From: Veleropilina oligotropha
Taxonomy: Eukaryota
Assembly: GCA_048128005.1 (NCBI GenBank)
Contig: JBEUKZ010000010.1
Location: 868,001-932,000 of the forward strand
DNA length: 64,000 nt
Direction: 5' to 3'
Position numbers and translations under genes: made by a program. The notes under the pieces are model-generated. The model saw only the letters and a program-made list of their open reading frames with translations. It made no database searches and was not told the origin of the DNA. This document shows positions 34,835 to 48,708 of this stretch, piece by piece; within the stretch, counting starts at the first letter, position 1; the number at the start of each line of letters is the position of its first letter.

Positions 34835-36212
34835 CTGGGACTATTATAAGAGGGACTGGAAGCTCTGGCCAATTAGCCGAATCGCCATCAATAATGTGGT
34901 ACTCGCTATTGTTCTCGTGTTTAGCGCACTGCGCATGTGCGTAGTGGGCTTTGGCTTTGTGACTAGACTATTTTCGAATCGAAATGGCGTCGATGAGAAA
35001 GCTTTCGAATGGAAAATAGTACATTTTGCAACCTCTTCTCCTCGTCAGCTGCTACAGTTTACTTTTGAATATCTTGCCCATCATTTTATTTATATCCTAT
35101 TGCTTCGACTCTTCTATTGTGAAATGAAATTTGACCAAGATTTATATCGTATAATTGCATTTTAAAATGACGATATTTCCTTAATATGTTCAGCTTTAAT
35201 ATTTTCACAGTGCAAAGTACTCGATTTTGCAACTTTTTCTCCTCGCCAGCTGTTACATTATACTTTTTTATATTTGCACCATCTTTTTATTTGCATTCAA
35301 TTGCTTGAACTCATCTATTGCGTAGTGAAATATAACGAAGATTTATTGCACATATTTGCATTTTAAAACGACCAATTTTCTTAAATACATCAAGCGTTGA
35401 TATTCATTTTGTGATGACTCTCTTCTTTATTTGTTGCATTTTATTATGGAATATTTTCACCTTTTTTTCTAATTTACACTCGATTACATCGACTCGGCTA
35501 TTGTACAGGGAAACAAAACGAAGATTTAATTAAATTATTTACGTCTTAAAATAGCTTATCAAAGGTGTCTAACTGGTAACATGGTCCGTTTCAATAATAC
35601 TTCATTATAGTGCCAACTTTAAGTTGACCCCATTGTTATTGAGCAGACAAATTACTGACCGCTTGTACATTATAACAACATGTAAAGCAAAACATAGAAT
35701 GAAATGCAATTAGTGGCTACCTTTAAAGTCTCTATTGAATATAAACGTTTGTTTTGATAACCATTAGAAAAGTAGTTGGGGTCATTTATATGGATCCGAT
35801 TCAGTAATAAAGATAAATTCATTAGAACTTATTTATATTTTAATTGCCCAATCAATTTATTTAACGATTAACATAGATCGCTTTCAATAATTGTTTGAAT
35901 TGAATTTTATTTATAATAAATAATTATGCAATATATTTAGTTTGAATACCGTACAAAATAAAATAAGTAAAAAGTAAAATCGTTATCATATGTTGTGTTA
36001 ATCGAATTTCGTGTTTAATAGGTATTTTGTGAATTCAAACTGTTATAATTTACCGCATTGGTCCTAATTGGGGATAAAATAGTCTTGTCACAAAGCCAAA
36101 GCCCACTACGCGCATGCGCAGTGCGCTAAACACGAGAACAATAGCGAGTACCACATTGACGGCGATTCGGCTAATTGGCCAGAGCTTCCAGTCCCTCTTA
36201 TAATAGTCCCAG
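34835..36212. mobile_element. Long-TIR non-autonomous DNA transposon with 7-bp TSD
   Basis: ~140-bp TIRs (34835-34974 and 36076-36212); TSD CCGGTAG at 34828-34834 and 36213-36219; internal diverged ~200-bp tandem units. Confidence 0.88.
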
Positions 36213-37555
36213 CCGGTAGTCATGGAAATGTTTTCTCCACAAAAAAATGATACGAGTAAGTACGAAGCATACATGGTTGTCTTTCCCTTACCAACAATAA
36301 TTTGGGCATCCACTGAATAGCTATGAAACTCAGAGGTGAACATTCATGGGAATGATACGCCTTGGACGTGATGCGCATGACAATGCCTTCTCGTTCGAAA
36401 ATTAACGGTCATAAACCATTTCATAATATGTCTTCATGCGAATGATGACTTCGTGAATCTGGACGGCCCTGGAGAATGGCATAATATGATATATAGGCAA
36501 AGGATGATCCAAGTTGACTTTATAATCGGTGCGTCATTTTACTCAAATAAACGTAAATCTATTAAAATATGGTAATATATATATGTACATAGGAGATGCA
36601 TATGTATTAAATGTTATCCATAAAATAAAAAATGTTCATCGTATCCTGAAGAAATGCTCACATATGAAAATACAGGTAACGCAACGAGCGAAGTCAACGC
36701 GGGGATTATAAAATTGGGACACCCGTTTATCGATATCACTGACACGATAATTATCTAAATCACCTGTCCATTCTGGACATGTAAAACGCACTGCATATGT
36801 TAGCAATTGACCCATAGTCGCGTTGGATATAATCTCGGGTATCCCGAAATGCTAATTAAATAATTATTAAAATTGATGATTCACCAAGACTGATTATCAT
36901 CATTGTTACCGGTTTTGCTAATTCATTACCCCTGTTTCTGCATCTTTTTATGACTAGAAATACTGATGGCATGATTGTGCTAGAAGCGCGTTTGTACTCC
37001 ATAATATCATAGTATTTCGTAAATGCAAAGTTAGTTGTAGAATTATATCATCATCGTCTTTATCCATTTATGCGTTTGAGACTATATGTCGCTCTTCTAT
37101 TCCCTTGTTGCGTTGACTTTCTGTTGTCAAATACTTTATTATTTCAAAAGTTCTAGTACAAATGTTAAACATTATTAATGTAGGGGGGTTAACTTGATAT
37201 TCTTACGTCTTTTAAGTACGTGTACACCACTTTATTTGATTGGATATACGATTATTTGAGTATATTTGAGTATATGTGAGTAAAAAGACGCACCCCTTTA
37301 TAATGAAAGTAATAAGGCAATTCAATGGCAGTGTTTGTCATCATATGTGCTCTGATTCGGTTTTGAATGTAATGATTTGGAGGACACGATGAAATTACGA
37401 ATTATGTACACAAAAATGAAATTAAATAATAAAACTATGTATACACAGAATTATGAAAATTGAAATCATACACTCTTTCAAAACACATGCATTCAGCAAC
37501 AAGCACACATGAATCATTATGATGTCACGTTACAATGTACAAATGACCGGACGCG

Positions 37556-39042
37556 CTAGGACGCTGGCGAATCTAATTTCGCCGTTGGTCCGTTAGGAGT
37601 TATTGCATTTTCAGTGTTTATTTTGCCCATCTTTTCCACGCCTTGCCATTGGAATTTCACAGTTTCATAAGGATCTAAATACGACGTAGGATCTTCGAAG
37701 ATAAAGTCGTCGTATTCCAATTCTAGACATTCTGATGGCGTGGCTATGCTTTTGGACGGAGACAATGTTCTATTACTAATAATACTAATAGGTGTGGACG
37801 ATTTGGACTGAACGGTTTCGTCCTTTATCAACTCTGGACTTTGACCGTCGGGCTTAGGCAAGACCAAACTGCGTTGGTCAGTAATTGTTCGGTCACTTTC
37901 CGAATTACCGTCCGGTTTATTTTTCGGGGTTTTTGGAGGCCCATGGCCATTGCCAACAACATGATGACCCTTTGCGTGTGGAACACCAGCCGAATAACTT
38001 TCCGTCAACGACACTGGTCGACGAGGTTTGTTGTCACGTGCAATGAATTCCTTAGCTTGTTGCTGCTTACTGCCCGAGAGATCGTTTAACAATGGAACTG
38101 TGGATTCACTGTTCACCATAGCAGTCTCCGCATGTTTCTCATTGGAACCACTCTTATGTCTTCGCTTAGATTTCTTATATGCCGATTCCTCCATTGGATT
38201 CAATGTTATATCCTCACCCTCTTTACACACAGTTTTACTTTTATCTGGAGTCCTAGATTTTCTCCTGTGTTTTCCATAACTTTTGTCAAATTTATGTGAC
38301 GATTTCTTGTGCGTTTTAGGTCTAGCCGACTGATCTACATGAACAACAAGAGAAGAGGATAGTTCTGGAACGTCCTCTGGGCAATCTAACACAACTCTCT
38401 CTGCACAATTTCTTTCAACACGTCGAGATGAATCTCCATGTTTGTCTCGTTTAGCCGATGAGGAACGAGAGTGTCTATGTGACTTGGAAGAGGGGTGTAC
38501 TTTGGGAGACCTTGGAATCGGCCTCTTTAACCGAGGACTGACTTTGAACACATCTCCGCCATGTACGTAATCACTTGGAAATGCGTTTGCCTCGTATGGA
38601 CTTGAAAGCGGGGTATAGTTTCTTGGAGATGGTTTTGGACTACCGCCAGGATCCATTTCGGATTTAGACCTAAACTTTTTCAATCCAACACTTGCATTGC
38701 TCGATATTGACGAGCCCCTGGAAATTAAGGCGACAAATGCAGATTCCTTCTTTTTCGGCTCGAAAGCCAGTGGCGTCTGCACATCGTTTGCCTCTATGTC
38801 TGGCACGATATCGGGGCTGCTAGGCATGCTGGAACTTCTGTGCACTGGACTTTCCTTAGAGGCCAGGGTATATTTATGCCTCTTCTTTTGGTTCCACCGT
38901 CGGTACAGCACGACTCCGACAGCTACAATGACGACGAAGACACAGACGAGGATACCGATGACAGTGACGCTGCTCTCCCAGACGGTATTAGACGGCAAGT
39001 TGGTCCGGTACGCCGCAATGGTGGTCGACGTCGAGTTGTCGG
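37556..39042 (-). CDS. THSD1-like receptor, last exon: TM helix plus Ser/Lys/His-rich cytoplasmic tail
   Basis: Acceptor cctcttttcag| at 39043, phase 1; TM VTVIGILVCVFVVIVAVGVVLY followed by RRWNQKKR; TAG stop at 37556-37558. Confidence 0.88.
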
Positions 39043-39481
39043 CTGAAAAGAGGATACATCATCTAATATTGATATAACCACGCAACAATTGAAAACCATT
39101 TCCACAACTATACAGATATACATATATTTTGATAATTATCCATTCCTGTCAAGCTGCATATATCAAGCTGTTAATATACTAGACAAGTAGTAAATATGAG
39201 CTACACAGTTAGTGTAATTGTAGTATCTAGCCAAAAAATGAATACTGTAAATTAAACATTTGTTATGGCATCTCATTAAGTCCCAATTGTTCTTAGATTA
39301 CAATATCACGTTACGTGTTCATTAACGAATGTGTCCTGACACTGATACTGCTCTCATATTGTGATTAAATGAACTCCAACTAATAAAATATATTTTTGCT
39401 TTCAGAATAGTTAACACTACCCTTCCCCATATTAAATACGTCACAAAACTAATATCAAATTTTGAATTTCACAATTCTTAC

Positions 39482-39898
39482 CAATTGCTATATAGCTGGC
39501 AATAAATCCATGCACATGGATTTCTTTCAATGGCTTGGACGGATATGTGGACCCAATGGACGTCGAAGACGCAGATGACATGCTCATGAACTCTACTAGC
39601 ATATGATTGGATGTTGATGTGACGTCACTTGGTGACACAACTCCTGAACTGATGGCAAGAAGATCGCCATTAGAGTCTTTACCATTTCTTATCTTCACCC
39701 ATTGTTTATTTTCATACAGACTAAAGTAATGAAATGTGAGCTTTATTTTCATGTTTGGTTCTAATGAGATTAGCCATTTTGAAAGTCCTTGACAACGCCC
39801 CGTGGCAATGATGTTTTCAGACTCAGAGGTCATAGTGCATCCGCATGCGCAATCGGGATCTATTCGGGGCGAATGAAGCGGTGTTAGATCGATCGATT
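39482..39898 (-). CDS. THSD1-like receptor, CUB-domain exon
   Basis: ttccag| acceptor and |gtaaga donor, 417 bp, phase 1-1; CGC..KWLISLEPNMKIKLTFHYFSL..VKIRNG..SNHMLVEF..GFIASY. Confidence 0.88.
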
Positions 39899-41421
39899 CT
39901 GGAAGCAGAAAGAGAAAATTAGTGATGGAATTATGTAAGTACTCTATTAATATGAAAAGATATGAAGTGAACGAACATGCATTGATTAATATTATAGGAA
40001 ATATAATGCACAAGTCTCGCAACTGGTAACCTAACAAGTAGATTAGTTTATTAACTACCATAACACACAGCTACAGGGGATTTGTGGTACATAGTTAGTA
40101 TTGGCAGGTCATCGATAAGTAATGGAATGACTATGCTACATCGATCAGTTGTATTGACATTTTATAATGAGCGTATATTCCAATTGATCACTCTTGTCTT
40201 ACACTGTCACACGTTATACCGAATTTTAAATTGTATGATCAACGTCGTAACTTTACCATATGAGATCATCTTTAGAATAATACATGAATTACTTATTACC
40301 GTTACCATTATACCTGCAATTGGCAAATATATCATGCGATTCGCTCTATCAAAATAAGTTGAATATCTTTGCAAAAGTTATTAACAATGAACACACATCG
40401 CTGGAGACTCTGTTATTATTTACATATTAAAGCCCTCATATTGCGTGGTTTCGACCAACGACATATGGACAAATCAACTGCATGATTTCGCTTAATATGC
40501 CCCATAAATGTATCCACTTTTTGTGGTAGGTATAAAAAGTCCATGCATCATAAATTAATTTAAATTAATGGATTCTTTGTCGCTAATAATCTGTAAAATA
40601 GGTGTATGACAACAAAAAACATCATGCGCAGTTCTTCATTTGAATTATGAAAACTTGATTCCCTTTGATCTAGTAAAGGTTTTACATACTACCTCAAGGG
40701 TAAACAGAAAACTAAATTCGTCATATAAAGAATCAAACGTAACATGGTGTACTTAAACAAGCCGTAGGCAGTACGCAATTAATGATGTGGTGCCTCTATT
40801 ATCACACAGTGTGTTGCAGTTTTCATTATAAAGACTAAGTAAAAGCTATTCTTGTCATTATAACATGATCAACAAAGAAGTACAAACTATAGTTATATGA
40901 TCTTGTTATGCAACGTAATGGCGACTGTAATATCTCTGATATTGATATCAGACGCACAAACGAATCAGTTATGAACGTTGCATAATCACTTTGCAATATG
41001 ACTTCGGTTGGGCAACATATTGGAAACAACTAAATCGAAACCTGTTTTAAGTTCTTTAGTGAAACTTAATCAATACGGGGGTTGATGCTGCTGAAGTGAC
41101 ATTTCCAAAGTGTTCATAAATGCAATATTGAAACATAAGGAAAGAAAGCTGTTATTATTGTATAAGGTATAAACACTGACAAAGTTTACGTGAATTAAAG
41201 ACTACGAGCATGTCATCCATTAAACCTACTACGATTGCAAACTGCAAGGTAGTATTTAATCATAAAATGGGATATTTTCGCACTCTACGAATCCTTTTTA
41301 TATGCATACAGTACATATAGTAGTGAATTGTTACCAGAGTCCACTATCAGGAAAGTGCTGCAAGTTACAGTCGATTGTAAATATCCTTCGAAAGAGATGG
41401 TCATGATGCACCTATACTTAC

Positions 41422-41598
41422 CCTCGCAGTGCACGACACACGGTTTCCATTCCACTGTGTCGCCCATGCAAAAGCGACCACCGTGGGCCGGGGCCGGACT
41501 GTTGCAGTATCGGTACCGATTCATCTTGCCGTTACCACAGGATGCTTTGCATTCACCCCAAGAGGACCACTCGCTCCAAGCGCCATCTATCGGCATCA
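41422..41598 (-). CDS. THSD1-like receptor, thrombospondin type-1 exon
   Basis: ttgcag| and |gtaagt, 177 bp, phase 1-1; DGAWSEWSSWGECKASCGNGKMNRYRYCNSPAPAHGGRFC. Confidence 0.92.
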
Positions 41599-44077
41599 CT
41601 GCAAAGTACAATGAAATTATTTAGACTACGTCAAAATACGCTGATGGATTTGACCAGAGATATGTGCGATCATCAATTTATGTAGGCGACAACAGTTGAA
41701 ATACTATGTCATGATATTATAACAACGGATTTCCAAGCCAATTACAGACGCAGTGTGGTATCTCGTCTACGCGAAAACACTTGATGTGAAAGGCATGGTA
41801 CGTTCCCATTTTGCATGCTTTCGTACGCGGATGTCACAATATTAAAAGCTGCCATATAATTTAGTCTACATGCACTAAAATATTATATTCAATCGTTACA
41901 ACACTTCATGAGATACTGTTTTTTTTAAATATTTTCGCAAGCCATGAAGAACGACATTTAAGCAATAATACCACGACGTAACGTAAAACAATAATATAAA
42001 TACTAAAATTTAAGCAAAGAACAATACGTTATACATGCGAACAATTACAAATCATTGTGCGAAAATACAAAATAACGAAATGTAACACACAGCAAATCAT
42101 ATAAATAAACAATTGATATGAGAGCATAGTTCGAGTCCAGGGAGATTACTAACACCAGACACGGTTCACTTACCAAAAAGTAATTTCCAAAATTAGCGCC
42201 AAAAGAGAACATCATATTACAAGTAATACAATAGTCAGAAACTCTTACTGTATATAGTTTAATCATATCTAGCAAAAATTAAAGAGCACCAGGATCGTCT
42301 TTGACACGTGTTTACGCTTGATGTATGAACAAACCAATTCACCATTATCGTCATTTGTTCAGCAATCGCCTATATCACGGATTATTAAACCTTTATCTCA
42401 AGTTTTCAGTTCCAACCATCACCATCATTTAGTGTTTAGATAAGCACACAACATCTCGCGTGATTTCACATGACATGTGTCGCCGCATTCCAGGAAGCCA
42501 TTTCTGGAAGAAAATGTCGCTAACCACCGTCTTGTAATCTTCTAATTACCAAAATTACCACATTGAACCAATGACCCCTGGAGACCCATCTCGCTCTGGA
42601 TAGCATATGCCAACGAGACTCCGTGAACTGGCATCTCGTATATCAGAATGATGTCACATAAATGTTCTTAGCAACCAATACAATTTAACTTAAACTGGAT
42701 AAGTGATAGAGTTTCAAGATTTTATTTTGATAGATACTGGTTACGATTAACAGAATTTTTATGTTTGACCTACTCGTACTTCGTTGTGATTTTCATTTGA
42801 CCAGTACATGACAATATGAAGCATTATAGTACATTATGCATATCGTTTACTTTATTGGTGTCTAGGTAATATAGTAACTGCTAATACATCGCGTTAGTAA
42901 CACCACAGATACATGCAATTGTATTTAACTCTTCCAGATTATCCAGTAGAAACAAAGTACGCTTACTACAAACTCGGTGAAATCTCCAATATTTTTTTTT
43001 AAAAGTCTTGGAAAAGCGTGATGGTCATATCGTAACTCATTCTTATTTGTCGTCTACACAATTGGTATTAGTTTTCTGTGTACATACGGTCATTTTAACA
43101 GTAAAGATCCAGAAACACCGTTCTGAGATCGACGAGTACCAGAAACAAGCATACGATGGATGAATTGATACTGGATTAATAGATCAGTTGTCCAGGGCAC
43201 AGTTCAATAGAAAGAATGGTCAACATAGCGACGAAACCATGTTTTTTATGAATACCGTCACAACACGCGTACTATAGTGACACAAGCACCTACATAAAAG
43301 CATGTATGTATGCAAACAGAAATATCTCCAAAGACGAATGCCTGTTTCATATATCCACTTGAGGGCACAATAATTTATTCCAGTGTGTTATACAACACTA
43401 AACTCGAGTACTTCGCGAACAGACCAAGTTAAAGATGCGGTGTGTTAAGTATCTGCTTCTAGTCTAAATAATCCAATTATGCTTAGTAAATCGCTTTATA
43501 CTGTTTGATCGGATTATCCCGTTACTGTGAGAGAGCATTATATTTCGTGTCGCGGTCTGTCATCTGTCATGGACAACTGTTGAATCTGTAGCATGACTGT
43601 CATCGTTCCAGGAAATCAGTACAAATCCAACAATGATGATGACCCGAACAACCAAGGGCCTGTAGACGAATTTGTCACGTTCAGGCATAGGCCTACTATG
43701 TAAAATTACGTTAAAGGATTTGTGAACACATAATATATTCTGGCTGATAATAATGCTATCGTATATTTATTTATTCTCTTATTAGTAGCGCCATGATTTA
43801 GATTATCAAAACATGGATACAAAAGATCCTTTCCCGAACACTTATTAGGTGACAACACACTAGACCCACGAGTCTAATGCTAGTGTTCCTGTTGAGTAAC
43901 CAATTTGCGGACAATGATGTTGCCATCGAATTGAAAAGATTCCGAGTGGCCTGTCCATTGTGATGTCAAATTCGACACCCTGACCTGAAAATATGACTAT
44001 ACTTGAGCTGATTGATTTCGCCAGGTCAGCTTACAACAAACACGGACACTCGTGAAAGACTAACACAACAAATAATA

Positions 44078-45706
44078 CAGGGCCGTAGCAACCGGGGGGG
44101 GGGGGGCTGGGGGGGCTGCAGCCCCCCCAATAATTTCCAGAGTAAAATTTTGAAAAAGGCTACTCTTAATATTTATTAACATTTCTGGAAAAATAGTTAT
44201 TTTTATGAGACTTATGCCTAAGCATCAGGCCTATCTGTACTATTTCCTGTTTTTAAGAGATTTTCAAAAACAACTTATAGACTCTTCTATTTCGATTCCT
44301 GATAATGATATCGTCAACATGTATTTTAACTTCACACTAGAGATACCTGATTGTGACTGGGCATCAGTTAATGCGTCTACTTGTAAATGACGATAGCATT
44401 TGATGTGATACCCTACTCTATGTACTCGCACCATGATCAGGGCATTAATGCGAGAAAGTAGAATGAGTCAAATTAATGCTATTTCAGAAAGGGCCAATCA
44501 AAATTGAAAATAATAAAATTTCTGTGTTGTGTAACAGTATTTTCTGATTGATGATAATAAGTATATGGTTTGAGTTATAAATAAGTGGGTCGTTAACAAT
44601 GTCAGGACAAAGAACTGGTGTGGCAACTCAGTTCAAATTACTCAATAGAAAGATGTTATTTACTCATTGGTATGGTCATGCCTTAAACTTGGCCATTAAA
44701 GATGTTAACCTATACGGTAGTATACGGGATAGATAAAAAGATTCTTTGCCATGATCGAATACGGCGGCAGCATGGCCGAGTGGATACGGTGCTGGTCTAC
44801 TAAACGGGAGGTCACGGGTTCAAGCCACGGGGATTTTTCCAATGATCGCTGCCTCCTTTGCACACAGCACCAACTCATCTCATCATTCAAAGTTGATTGA
44901 CCCGATTTATACTGAAATACTGTGGCGTGGTCGTTAAACATCAATTCATCCATGATCGAATACGCGACCTGACATCGTGCGTTTCTTCGGTAATATAAAG
45001 TCTACGAAGCCGATAGCGCGTTGTCACTATGTCACATGTCACGCCATATTCAACCAATGAAATTGTCATGGTTGATTTCTCAATAATTATTGCTTGAAAA
45101 GTTGGCCCAAGCTATTTCGTTCATAGTTTTGTAAGCGTAATCAATAGACATTTTATTGCGAGATTTCCGGATATGCAACATATTACATAATCGTACCGAA
45201 TGTTCAATCAATATCATTTGTGGCACTGGCTAGACAATTACTGCAGTTGAACAAGTTATTTCGTCCCTTTCGTTATCTTATCAGCGATTCGCCGTCATAA
45301 TCCCCCTCCCCCTATAGTATACTAAGATCACTTGTAAACCATATGTCCGTAATATAGTGTCTGTAGAAAATAGTATTGAACAAACCAAGTACGTAGTAAA
45401 TTTATATTCCAGAGTGCAGGAAAATATGTGGGTGAGTACTAATATTATAGAATATTTTAACATTTTTTAATAATTTCTGCTCTCCAAACTAGAAATTTTG
45501 AGGCCAAAATAATGTCAATTTTTGTCCTAGAATGCAGGAGAACGCTTCTCAGAGCGTCTAAATTAAAAAAATCTTGGGGGGGCATGCCCCCAAACCCCCC
45601 TAGATATTCGCGGCCTTCGGCCGCTCACGTACCTGGCTCCACCCTGACACGAAAGTTGATGGAGCGTTTCAGCCCCCCCAATATTTGTGACCTTCGTACG
45701 GCACTG
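44078..45706. mobile_element. 1.6-kb non-autonomous DNA transposon with CAG termini and 5-bp TSD (intronic)
   Basis: cagggccgta/tacggcactg; TSD TAATA at 44073-44077 and 45707-45711; subterminal 45500-45640 is homologous (inverted) to the 11564-11870 MITE. Confidence 0.75.
44764..44949 (+). mobile_element. tRNA-derived SINE with 15-bp TSD
   Basis: A box TGGCCGAGTGG, B box GGTTCAAGCC; TSD ccatgatcgaatacg at 44749-44763 and 44950-44964. Confidence 0.9.
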
Positions 45707-48700
45707 TAATATGGTAGGAATATGCCGTATAGGGAAATTTCGCCTATATTATGAGTTTTGGTTCACAAATCCTTTGAAATACATAAAAAGTACGAGCTGG
45801 TCGACCATTTACAATTGGAATACGTTACTAGACAATCCCTTAATCATTGGGTCTGTTAGTCGAGCATAAGTTAATCAATTGGTCCTTGCAGTCGCTACTT
45901 GATCCAGAACAGATGGGAGTCTCTTAGAAGGTTCTACATTGAAGCGTTCTGGGTATATTTTCGCAGATGTATTCATAATTGTTGCCGTTTTTGTGACAAG
46001 GTAACGAATATTTTAGCCTCGTTGGAAATATATATGATGATCCATTCTAGATATAACATCGGAAACGAATTCTTCACCTTTTGTTTGACCTCTACGTTAT
46101 AATCAACTTGTCCTTGACCTATCACGATCATGGGTAATGATTAACGAAAATAATTTTCTTCCAATTTTCTTAAAACTAGACATGTGACATAAAGAAACCC
46201 AATATGGTTGTAGGTTCACGAATAAGGTATTTGCATGCCATTCACATTGATATGTCCCATTTCAAAACGGATCATCAAAACAACAACACCGGAAGACACT
46301 GCAATCCGCGTTTGCGCATGCGCACACTTTGAATCAACAGAGCGTTCCACGGGTCTGTAACTCGTGAGTCAATCACAGATGTTTGCCTGTCACTGCATTC
46401 GAAAACATGGCTGCTTATTGTGCAAATAATGAAGCACACGGCTTCGTTATTATATAATCATGATCAAGCAACGGTGATCAACAGATCAATAGTTCTCAAC
46501 TTGGCTACAAGTGCAAGTTCTTATCGGACAATGGAAATTGCGTTATAGTTATAGGCCTACGAATAATGAAGACATTTATTATCAACGTACGTGCCGGTTA
46601 TAGCTACTACTATAAAGTATGCGTCAGTTCGTCAATATAGCGAAGTAATAACAAAGTCTCATTTGAGGCCATATGTATACGAACTTACGGGTTTTCTCCA
46701 GATTCATTAAAGACCGGACTTTGTAACCGGGTGGTCAGTGGACTTGGCCTTCGAGATAGGGGCATGGCATCACACCGTAGGTTATTCAACCTTACATGTA
46801 AAGTCTATATATGGTAATTGCTGTCACCAAAAAATGAATATTTGGCGACAAATATGTAAGTCTGCTTCTCTAAGCCAAGGTCCCTCCAACGAAGATTTTG
46901 TTAAGTATAGAAATGATGTGCATGTGCATGAACTTCTTCAACTCAATTCTGAAATGGTCATCGGCAATATTGCAGGAGATAATGATGTGTAAATGGTATC
47001 AATTAACTGTTATGCAATTTATTTGATTTGCCCTATGTTCCACTACTCGACTTCCTGGGCAAATGCATTAGCATTGTATAATGAGCACGCGACTATCAAT
47101 AGCACTTAGCCTGGTATTGTGTTGAATCAACAATATTTATAACAGTAACATATGTGCAACGATTGATTTATTATTTAAAGTAGGATACGATCGATGCAAG
47201 TTCTTACGGGAGTAAATGTAGTTAAATTTAGGATGTCCTAAATGTGTAATAATGCCAATCATAAACTCTTGATCCTTGAACGACATAGAGGTCTTGGTGT
47301 TCACAAATAATACTTCACCAAAAGGTTGATTCTTTAACCAGAAAATTATGAGCTGTTTTATTAAAATTATAATCTGGCACGATTAGCATTTGACTTAAGC
47401 GTCTACTAGATGATTTGAGAGTTGGATGGATGATATCAATTATTTCAAAAGAAGCTTTGGCATGACTGCAAATCTTCAAAGTTGCAAGTCATATCTCTAT
47501 GAACAAAACACAAAGAACATGTTCACTCTCTATACGCATTATGAAGAAATCATGCACATTATATTTATACCAATTAGAGGTAACTTAACACCTCCCACAG
47601 CTGATCGCTTATACATAAACCACGAAATACGAGAAGTAATTTTGACCAATGCCAGAAGAAACCCGCCTTTTGCTCTCTCTCTTGCGGTAGATAATTGTGA
47701 AAGTTATCCATTGGCAAACAAAAGCTGTTTACAAATAATACTAAGCATACATACGACAATCCCAATGGAGAGTCGTCTTATCTTTTGTTGAACTAACGTC
47801 TTAAATGAGACATATTTCAACTGCGCAAAGGTCATAAGATAAAAGACGAACAAGTGCGAGCGACGGTTGATGTTCACTAGGCATGACGTCGACAAAGACA
47901 CTTTCCCCTATCTTCTAATATTAAAGGTGATAAATCTCATACACATATACAAAGCGTTTCTGCAATATGGCCGAGACAGATTTCCTTTAAGTCAAACACA
48001 AACAGTGTTTGCAGTGTAATAAGAAACGACCGTAACAAAAGCTCAGAAAGTAATTTGTAGCTCACAATGTTGGCAACATTTACGCGACGCGACTATAAGC
48101 ACATAGTTGTATCGTTTTTCCTGATTTTTGAAGTGTGTGCAAATAGTCTGTTTTCTCATTAGCATTGCGTAAATGCATATGTTTAAATTGCATCCATACT
48201 AGAAGACTTATATTATGTATTATTCGCACATGTGTATAGCTGTTTTGCCAGTCAATCGAACTTTTCAGTAATAAAAATCTAAATAGAATGCATTATCAGT
48301 AAAGCAACATGTTAGAGGTAGATAATTATAGACTATTAGTCTTGTTTCGCCAGGATCGCACACGACGTCATAGTTATCCTCTCGTGCCAATCGAATACCA
48401 CCTCAAGTACCCATGTGAGCATTATTAGCAGCACACGAAAATAGACTGCAAACCTTATTTCTTGCCCAAGAAAATTAGCCTAGACCGAGATTCGAACCCG
48501 AACCATGGTGTCATTTTGGTGAAACTGCTAAACATATAAATAACGTCAATGATTCTCGGAACCACAAAACACCAATGAAAGAAGTGCCTGTGGAGATAAT
48601 CGCAATGCCGTAAGCTCGATAGCCCGTTATTTACACGAATGGACAGTAGCAGCTTTACTAATTTTATCAATTATTACCTTCACTCAAGAGATGTAATGCC

Positions 48701-48708
48701 CCACTCAC

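Noticed and set aside
34896..36343. Two ORFs with the same hydrophobic VLAIVLVFSALRM segment
   Set aside because: They are translations of the two TIRs of one MITE
44764..44835. tRNA gene (also B-box hits near 48490 and 57515 on the minus strand)
   Set aside because: No complete cloverleaf; the 44764 copy has a SINE body and a 15-bp TSD; the others are degenerate SINE heads
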